Assembly: GCA_004431415.1 (NCBI GenBank)
Contig: QPMI01000284.1
Location: forward strand, 1-64,000
Source of the DNA: Cyanophora paradoxa CCMP329
Taxonomy: Eukaryota > Plantae > Glaucophyta
DNA length: 64,000 nt
Direction of reading: 5' to 3'
The position numbers and the translations under genes were made by a program. Of the stretch, positions 55,503 through 64,000 are shown one piece after another (the stretch's first letter is position 1; each line of letters begins with the position of its first letter). Below the pieces are notes generated by a model. The model searched no databases. It was not told the origin of the DNA and saw only the letters and a list, made by a program, of their open reading frames with translations.

Positions 55503-58500
55503 CTAGCTACTGAAAAACTCGGAGGAGTCGCCGCCCTGGGGTCCCGGCGGAGGCGCGGGGGGCCCGGGGGGCGCCTGGCCCCACTGCTCGCCCTCGCCTG
55601 CGGCGGGAGCGGCGGGGGCGCTAGTGCCCTCGCCGGCGGGGGCGCCGGCCTCGGGCGCCGGGGCGATGGGCTTCGGGATGAAGACGTTGACCTTGGGGGG
55701 GAGAGCTGCGCGCGCCGACCGGTTCACAAGGGGCGCCCGCGCGCCGCGCGGGGCGGGGCGGGGCGGGCGCACGTTTGCGGGGGGCGGTGGCGGGGGCGGG
55801 GGCGGGGGCGGCGGGGCCGGCGGGGGCGTCGCCGGAGGCGAAGGTGTCGACGTAGCGGGAGCGGACGCTGCGGACAGCCTGGCGCTGGAAGCGGTTCGCG
55901 CCGCCGCCGGGGGCCGTCGGGATGGCCGAGAGGGAGGCGTAGGGGTCGTGGCCGCCGAAGCCGCCCCCGGGGGCCGAGGGGCCGGCGGGGGCCATGTGCA
56001 TCGGGGCGGTCGGGATGGGGCCCGAGAGGTAGTGCGAGGGGGGCGGGGGCGGCGCCTCGTCCATCTTGGGGGGCGCCTGCCCCCGCTTGAGCCACATCTT
56101 GTGCTCCTTGTCGTAGTAGAACTGGGCGGGCGTGAGGGGCTCCGGTGCGAGGAGGGGCCGGGGCGGGGCACCTGGTTCTCCTCGCCGAGCTTGGCCTCGA
56201 TGGACTTGACGCCGAAGACGCCGCGGATGAGCGAGCCGAAGCGCGCCAGCGCCGGGTTCGACGCCGTCGGCACGCCCCCGCTCCCGCTGCCCCCGGCCCC
56301 GGCCCCGCCCTCGCCAAGCCCGGAGGCACCGCCACCACCACCACCGCCACCACGGCCCCTGCTCTCGTCCTCGGTGGCCCTCCTGCGCGGACAGATGAGG
56401 GGGTCGACGGACGAGGCCGAGGGCGCGGCGCCGACCTCGGCTTGTTCGCCAGGTCGCTCAGCGCGTCGCCGCCCGAGGAGGAGCCGGCGGCGGCGGCGCC
56501 CTGCGAGGAGCGGCCCTGCTGGGGCCCCTCCGCGGCGGCGGCGGCGCCGGCGGCGGCGCCGACGACCTTGCCGAGGGCGCCGCCGACGAGGCCAACGAGG
56601 CCGCCGAGCTTGGGGAGGAGGGAGAAGGCGGCCCCGACGCCCCCGCGGGAGCCGACGGCCGCCTTCAGCGTCGCCTCCGCGTCCGCCAGCTGCGCCAGGA
56701 ACGCCGGGCTGCGCGCCGCCGTCAGGGGCGCGGCGGGGGGCAGGGGGGCGGGGCGGGGCGGGGCGGGGCGCCTGTAGCGGAACTCGTGGGCGGAGCGCTT
56801 GACGGCGGCGACGAGGGCCTCGACGTAGCGCGCGGCCGCCTCGACGCGGCCGGCCTCGGCGAGCGAGAGCGCGAGGTAGAGCTTGTACGGCTGCAGCGCC
56901 GGCAGCACGAACTGCGAGTTCGCCGCCTGCCGCCCGTACTCCAGCGCCTCCGTCCGCAGGATCGCCTCGAACGCCCTGCCGACCCGGCGTCGGGCCCCGC
57001 GCGGCGCGGGGGCGGGGGGCGGGGCGGGGGGCGGACGGGAAGGAGCGGCGGGCGGGGCTGGAGGGGTCGCGGTGGTCGGCGCCGAGGAGGACGAGGCGCG
57101 CCTCGGGGCGGTCCGCCTCGAAGGGCGCCTCGGCGAGGAGGTAGCACACGTGCGCCGCCGCCGAGTTGCCGGCGCCCCACAGCGCGTCCCCCATCTTGCT
57201 GATCGCCCCCCGGTCGTCCTGCGCCCCCTCAGCGCCGCCCGGCAAAGGCGGCCTCGCGGCGGCGGGGCGCGCCTGGGTGCGGTTGGCGAGGAGGATGCAG
57301 AGGTTCTCCTGCCAGTTCTCTAGCACGGCGCTCGAGCCGGAGCCCTCGCCGGCCCCCGGCGGCCCCGCCCCGTCCATGCCGCCGGCCCCGTAGCTGCTCC
57401 AGCCGTCCGCCGAGGGCCCCTGGCTGGCGGCTCCGGCGGGGAGCTCCTTGAAGAGCTCTGCGGGAGGGCGGGGGTGAGGCGGGGCGGGGCGGGCGATGGG
57501 CGGGGCGCGCGCCGTCGGTGCGGTGCGCGAAGGCGTAGTGAAGGGTGCGGAGGGGGGCCCCCGGGGCGAAGGCGCGGGCGGCGAACTGGGCGATGGTCTC
57601 GTGGTAGGTGTTGAGGTCGACGAAGGAGGCGACGAGGAGGGCGACGCCCCAGAGCTCCGCCTCCACCGCCTTCCTGCACGCCTCCGCCCGCCGGCCCCGC
57701 AGGAGCAGCGACTGCACCTCCGCCGCCGCCCGCTGCTGCTCCCCGTCGCCGGCGCCGCGGTGCGCGGCGGCCGGCTGCAGCACGGGGGCCTGGTAGGCCG
57801 TCGCCCAGGCGGAGCTCTCCTCCGACTTGGAGGCGGCGAGGAGCTCGAGGACGGCCTTGAGGGCGGCCCCGTCGCCGCCCTCGCTGGCGAGCGCCCCGTA
57901 GTGCTCCACGGCGACCCGCAGAAGCGCGTAGAGGAGGCGCAGGCCCTCCCCGGAGCGCCCCGCGGCGGCCGCCTCGTCGAAGGCGGGGCCGCGGCCCTTG
58001 GCGCCCTCCTCCAGCCAGCGGAGGAGCGCCTCCTTGGGGGAGGAGGCGAGGGGCCCCGCCACGCGCGCCAGGGCCGCCATGTGCGGCGTCCCCTCCAGCA
58101 GCCGCCCCAGCTGGTGCACCGTCACCGGACCCCCCGTGAGCTTGTCCGTCTCCCCGCCCGCCGCCGCGAAGGCGCTGCGAGGGGGTCAAGAGGGCGGGGC
58201 GGGGCGGGGCGGGGCGGGCGGGCCTGAAGGAGGAGCGCGGCTGGGGAAACATGACGGCGAGGCGCCCGCCGAAGCCGAAGCGCACGAGCGGGTGGCCCGG
58301 CCGCCTCAGCATGTACTCCCCCGCGTTCGGGGGCGCCGGCTGCTGCTGCTGCTGCCCGTACCCCTGGCCGGGGTAGAAGTCGCGCGGCCCGGCGTAGCGC
58401 TCGGGCTGGTAGGCCCCCGAGGGCGCCGGCGCCTGCCCGTAGCCGCCCTGCCCGCCGTACTGCAGCCCCTCGTTGGCGAAGGAGGAGAAGCCGCCCTGCG

Positions 58501-61500
58501 CGCCCGCCTGCTGGTAGGCCCCGTACGGCTGCGGCGGTTGCCGCTGCGAGCCGTACCCCGCCTGCTGCGGCTGCGATGGATGTCCGAACCCGTCGGCGAA
58601 GCCCTGAGGGGGCCCGGCGCGCGGGTCTTGGCCGGCCCACTGGCCCCCGTAGCCGCCCTGCTGCTGCGGCTGGCGCCAGTCGCCCTGCTGCGGCACTTGC
58701 CGCCAGTCGCCCTGCTGTTGCGGCTGCTGTTGCCAGCCCTGCTGCGGCTGCTGCGGCTGCTGCGGCTGCTGCGGCCAGCCCTGCTGCTGATGCTGCCAGC
58801 CCGGTTGTTGCTGTTGCCAGCCCTGTTGCTGTTGTTGCCAGGCCTGCTGCTGCGACTGCGGCTGCTGCGGCTGCTGCGGCTGCTGCTGCGACGGCCCCTG
58901 TCCCGGCTGGGCGGGCCCCTGTTGCCGGCCGTGATGCTGCTCCTGTTGCTGCGGGTGCTGCCACTGGCTGTGGCCCTGCTGCGGCTGCGGCTGTTGTTGC
59001 CAGGCCTGCTGCTGCTGCTGCTGCTGCTGGGGCGCGTGGGCGGCGCTGGGGTCCTGGGGCCAGCCGCTGGGCGTCCCCGGCTGCCTCCAGTCCTGCTGCG
59101 GCTGCTGTGGCGGCTGCTGGGGAGGCTGGGGGGCGGGCGCCGCGTACTGCTCCCACTGTTTGCCCATGTCCTGCCCCGCGGGGATGGGCTGCTGCCAGCC
59201 CCCCGCCGCCCTGCGCGCCCCTGCCGCCGCCTCCGCCGGGCCTCCCTGCCCGTGCGGGACCTGCCCCTCCGCCGCCGCCGGCTGCGGCGGCTGCGGCTGC
59301 TCCGGAGCGCCAAACGGCTGCTGCTGCGGCGGCGGCGGCGGGGCGTCCCGGTGCTGCCCGCCGCTAGTTGCCCGCGGAAGCGGCTGCTCCGCGACCCCAA
59401 ACGGCTGCTGCTGCTGCTGCTGCTGCTGCCCTCCGCTCGTCGCCCGCGGCAGCGCCTGCGGCCGCGACTCCTGCCAAGGGCCGGCCGAGGGCACAGGCCC
59501 CGCCGCGCCCTCCGGGAGAGAGCTCCCCGGCGCAGCCGCCTGCAGAGGGGATCAGAGGGGCGTGGGAGAGGGGCGGAGGGGCGCGGACGGAGTGCGGGCT
59601 CGGGGGCGGCTGTCCTTGCTGCCCGCCGAAGGCCTGGCTGGCGAGCTGGTCGAAGAACCCGACGTCCTCCCCGCCAGACGCCGGCGCCCCTGCCGCGCCC
59701 GCCCTCAGCGCGCGCCGAGCGGGCACCTCGAGGCCTGCGCACCGAAACCGGCAAAGTTCGGCGAGAACGCGCCGTTCTGCCCCGACCGCGCCGCCGGCGG
59801 CTTCGGCGACTGCGGCGGCGGGTTGTGCGGGGAGGGCGGCTGCGAGGGCGGCCGTGCAGGCGGGTGCGGCGGCGGGTGGGCCGGCGGGTGCGGGGGAGGG
59901 CGGGCGCCCCACTGGGGAGAGGTGGCGCCACCGGCGGGGGGCGAGTGCGGCTGATTGGCCCACGCGGAGGCGTCGGGTGGCGGCGGGGCGGCCGGCGGGC
60001 TGCCTCCTTCGAGCGAGCCGCGCCGCCCCTCGGCGCCGAGACCCCGCTGCAGGGGTGTCGCTCCTTGCGACATGGAGCCCTGCGCCTGGCGCGGCGTGTG
60101 CTCTCGCGGCGTCTGCTGCTGCGGCGGCCCCGAGGTGGCGCGGGAGAGGGGCGGAGGGTCCTCCGCTCCGGCGGCCTCCGGCGCGGCGCCGATGGCGGCG
60201 GCGGGGTGGCCGTCGAAGCCGCGGCCCGACGCCTGCCGCGGGAGCGGCGGCGGCGCGGCGTGACCGTCCGCCGGGCGCTGCTGCGGCGAGCGCATCGACG
60301 CTGCCGGCGGGCCGGCGCTATCCAGCGGGCGCATGGGCGGCGATAGGGGCGCTCCTTCGCCGGACCCGAGCGGAGTGGGGCCCGGCGGTGACTTCGCTGC
60401 GGCCGACGCGCTGAAGTTCGGCGTGCTGCTGCCGGGCGCCGAGGGGCGGCGCTCTGCGCTGGCGCCGGACACAGAGGGGCGACGCTCCGCACTGGCGCCG
60501 GGCAAAGAGGGGCGGCGCTCTGCGGGGGCAGGGTGCTGGGAGGGGGCGGGGGCGGGAGGGGGCGGGGGCGGCTGGGGCGGCTCTGGGCTGACGGCGGCGG
60601 AGAGGCTGTCGAAGAAGGCGTTGGGGTCGTCGGTAAAGCCGCCGAGCGTGTGGCCCGTCGGCCGCGTCTGCTGCGCCGGCGGCGGCATCCCCGCCCCCGC
60701 CGCCCCGTTCTCAACCGGCGCGGCCGCCGCCCGCTCCTGCGGCGGCGTCTCCGGCACCGACGACAGCTGCGGCAGGCTCAGGCGCACGGGGGTACCTCGG
60801 GAGAATGCGTGGGCAGTACCGGGGCAGGGTTCGGGGAGGGTTGCGGAGCGTGTGACGACGCAGCATGCAAAGGCGCAGGCTGTGAGAAATGCTGCCCGTA
60901 TGCACTGTAGTACCGGCTGGCATCTACCTGTTGTTGCTCATACCATCCATACCCCGCTTGCTGTGAAGGATACCCGCTAGGCTGCTGATACGCCTGCGCT
61001 GGCTGATAAGAAGCCTGCGACACGGGCAGCTGGTGCGCCTGCGCCGCCGGCTGCTGGTACGCCTGCGCCACGGGCTGCTGATACGCCTGCGCCGCCGGCT
61101 GCTGGTACGCCTGCGCCGCCGGCTGCTGGTACGCCTGCGCTGCTGGCTGCTGGTACGCCTGTGCCGCGGGCTGCTGGTACGCCTGCGCCGCCGGCTGCTG
61201 GTACGCCTGCGCCGCGGGCTGCTGGTACGCCTGCGCCGCCGGCTGCTGGTACGCCTGCGCCGCCGGTTGCTGGTACGCCTGCGCCGCCGGCTGCTGGTAC
61301 GCCTGCGCCGCGGGCTGCTGGTACGCCTGCGCCGCGGGCTGCTGGTACGCCTGCGCCGCGGGCTGCTGGTACGCCTGTGCCGCCGGCTGCTGGTACGCCT
61401 GCGTCGTCGGCTGCTGGTAAACCTGCGCCACGGGCTGCTGGTACGCCTGTGCCGCCGGCTGCTGGTACGCCTGCGCCGCCGGCTGCTGGTACGCCTGCGC

Positions 61501-63091
61501 CGCCGGCTGCTGGTACGCCTGCGCCGCCGGCTGCTGGTACGCTTGCGCCGCCGGCTGCTGGTACGCCTGCGACGCGGTCTGCTGGTGCGCCTGCATCGTC
61601 GGCTGTTGGTACGCCTGCGCCGCCGGCTGCTGGTACGCCTGCGCCGCGGGCTGCTGGTACGCATGCGTCGTGGGCTGCTGATAAGCCTGCGCCGCTGGTT
61701 GCTGGTACGCCTGCGCCGCGGGCTGCTGGTACGCCTGCGCCGCCGGCTGCTGGTACGCCTGCGACGCGGGCTGCTGGTACGCCTGCGATGCGGGCTGCTG
61801 GTACGCCTGCGCCGCCGGCTGCTGGTACGCCTGCGCCGCCGGCTGCTGGTACGCATGCGTCGTGGGCTGCTGATAAGCCTGCGCCGCCGGCTGCTGGTAC
61901 GCCTGCGCCGCGGGCTGCTGGTACGCCTGCGCAGCCGGATGCTGATGCTGCTGCTGCTGCCACGATGTGCTATGTTGATGCGCAACGGTTGCTTGCGCTT
62001 GCGCTGGGTGCGCTTGCGGCTACGCAGGAGGGGCGTCACGCTGGTATCAGAGTGGACATTAGTGAGCCAACGAAAGGGAAACGCACCTGCCCCGGCTGAT
62101 GCGGCATGGAGCCTGCACCATGCGCGTTTCCCTGATGCGTGTTGGCAGAAGTTGCACCAAACAAAGATGGCGAGGGCCGCACGGGTGCGGTCGTCGGTGG
62201 CGCAGGCGAAGTAGAAGTCAGGTTGGACTGTTCCAAGAACCCCTGTCCGAACGACGCGTCGTGCAGGCCCGCTTGCACCGGTGAATTAGCGAAAAGAGAG
62301 TCCGGAACTGGTGGACCGGCTGCCTTCACAGCGGGAGCAGCTGGGGCAGGGGGACTGAAGAGGCTGCTGGCAGAGCTGTCGTCCGCTCCGAAGAGCGAGT
62401 CTGGGATGGCCGCAGCAACAGCTGCAGCTGAGGGCGCCGATGGAGGAGGGCCAAACAACGAGCTGTCGTCTCCCGGCCCGCCAAAAAGAGATTCCGGAAT
62501 GCTCTCGGCTGGAAGAGGAGCTGAGCTTGACGAGGAGCGCGCCGGCTTCGCAGGCGCGACTGGGAAAAGGCTGGTTGTGTCCGCCTCGTTTCCGTACTTG
62601 GACGAGAAGAGGGAGTCCGGGAGCGCCTGCGGAGTATCCTTCTTCACAGACTTCGGGGCCTCTGGCGCGTTCACCACGATGGGCGATTTCTTGGAAATCG
62701 GGACCGGAAGTGGTGGGGCGGAGTCAGGCCCATCGGAGAAGAACGGGATGGCGCCCTCGATGACTCCCTTCTTGGTTTTGGACGGTGGGGGCTCAATGGC
62801 AGGCGATGGAGGCGCTGCAGGCGCCGGCTCTGGGGCGGGGACGGCTGGAGGTGGTTGGGGAGTAGGATCGGACGTGCGATTGGGCTCGGGCGCATCGGCG
62901 ACGGCGGGTGGCTTCGCATTCGATGCGCTCGCGTCCTCGACCGCTGCGGCCGGCGCACTCAGCGGAGATGATTCGGGCGCACTCGGGTCGGCGGCAGCGG
63001 GCTCGGCGGGAGCTGGCTCTGCTTGCTCATCCTCCGCCTCCGGAGCAGCTCTCGCAGCGGCGGCTCCCTTGCCGCCCTTCTTCTTGGTCAT
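55503..63091 (-). CDS. SEC16: COPII ER-exit-site scaffold Sec16 with very long low-complexity N-terminus
   Basis: HPLVRFGFGGRL, EVQSLLLRGRRAEACRKAVEAELWGVALLVAS, NWQENLCILLANRT, MGDALW..AAHVCYLLA, LVLLGADH, LQPYKLYLA, AKLGEENQ|FYYDKEHKMW, SVRSRYVDTF. The N-terminal exons join in phase (HQPGQ|PQAHPAQ; PNPAP|LSSVPE). Confidence 0.92.
61027..61938 (-). repeat. Coding minisatellite, 24-bp unit x about 38, encoding (AQAYQQPA)n within SEC16
   Basis: Plus-strand unit cggctgctggtacgcctgcgccgc repeated with minor variants. Confidence 0.95.
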
Positions 63092-64000
63092 CGCAAGATT
63101 TATTCTACCCCTTCGACAAAAAAACCGCTGTCATCGCATCTCGGCGCGGTCGGCGGTGAAGCCGGCAATCGGCTAATCGGCTTAGCGATCGAGGCACTGA
63201 GTGTGTCGAGGCTCCATTGCAGTCGGCTTTCCGTGAAGAGCCGAGAGCCTCGGAGGGCGCATCGATCGTACATCCCGCGGCCGCTCATGGCAAACTGAGC
63301 TTTCTTCGAGCCCAACCGCCTCCGGTTCTCTCCCCTTCTCCCTAGACGTTGGCGTCGCATCGTGGTGTGCGCTCCGACCGGCCGCCGCTTCTCTAACCCT
63401 CGCGTTCTGACGGCTCTTGCGTGCTCAGTTGAGCTAGTGACGCGAACCCTTCCGTCATCTCGGGCGAGCTCGGTCACCGTCGGCCAGCTCGGCGCGAAGA
63501 CTGAAGGCGGACACGTTCGCTTGCCCTACAGCCCAGAGCTGCATTGTCTCCACTTTGGAGCACCTCCCGCGCGACGCGCTCACCAAAGCCATGGGAGCAG
63601 CGGACACAAGTCCCGGTGAGCCGAGCTCCAGATCGCTGCGTCCACTCCAGTTTCTCCCTAGTTGCAAAGAGTTTACAGCTAAGAAGCTCTGCTTAAACGA
63701 AGGGACACCGCCCTCGTGCTAGACCCAGCAGAATCCGGCGATTGACCCTTACGTCCCGCGCTTCGTGCATCCTTTCCGAGCCCTTCTCTCAGCTGATCAA
63801 GATATTTTATTGCAGGCTCGTTATTGATAACAAGAGATGCTTCCGGAAAGGTTGCTTTTTTCTTGCTTACAATGTTCTGTCTTTCTTGCTCGCTCACCGC
63901 GTCCCCTCACACACCAGTTTGCGGTCTGCGTCATTCAAGGTACAATCCGTTCTTCATTTTGCTCTCTTTCGGACCGCTCACGGCGCCATGCAGTGGACGA

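Noticed and set aside
60924-62214. Overlapping repeat ORFs (RLRRRLLV, RRRTSS, GVPAAGGA, GTPAPPAA)
   Set aside because: Alternative frames of the stop-free 24-bp minisatellite; only the AQAYQQPA frame joins SEC16 in phase.
21-63176. Hundreds of long Arg/Gly/Pro/Ala-rich ORFs (e.g. 38495-42001 minus, 57998-60346 plus, 21-2276 plus)
   Set aside because: Shadow or antisense frames caused by stop-codon scarcity at very high GC; they lack domain motifs and overlap well-supported spliced genes.
63679-63897. 72-aa minus-strand ORF at the window end
   Set aside because: GTG start bounded by an upstream in-frame stop, no convincing acceptor or homology; it could belong to something beyond the window but is not supportable here.

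Overview
A gene-dense, extremely GC-rich eukaryotic nuclear segment with many short (about 55-120 nt) spliceosomal introns. Most long ORFs in the supplied track are shadow or intron read-through frames, so genes were rebuilt exon by exon by hand. Three genes start with Phe-motif plastid transit peptides (MAF-/AFV-). Together with the GC content and intron style, this points to a glaucophyte, probably Cyanophora (inference only). There are 22 protein genes: LUMINIDEPENDENS/PNUTS-like (3' end off-window), a tandem pair of FAR-17a/AIG1/rolling-stone-like membrane proteins, a stand-alone GINT1-like beta-propeller, a TmcB-like membrane sensor fused to a PAS-PAS hybrid histidine kinase, RPL17, a plastid-targeted FemAB-like GNAT, a split telobox-like Myb protein, a four-domain GT49 glycosyltransferase, V-ATPase C, CZIB, a 7-exon orphan gene with micro-exons, GNL3/NUG1, an Elongin-C/SKP1-fold-LRR fusion, CMC1, two hypotheticals, NELF-B, ycf45/SPD1-like ATPase, a small plastid membrane protein and SEC16. 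Non-coding features: an intact hAT-type MITE with a perfect 8-bp TSD, an adjacent repeat/hairpin element, a 286-bp gene-conversion-like tract, frequent GC-AG introns with (CCCCG)n tracts, and a recurrent AGATCTAGA motif. I found no rRNA, tRNA or CRISPR. Family calls come from remembered motifs, not database searches, and no single finding is proven novel.
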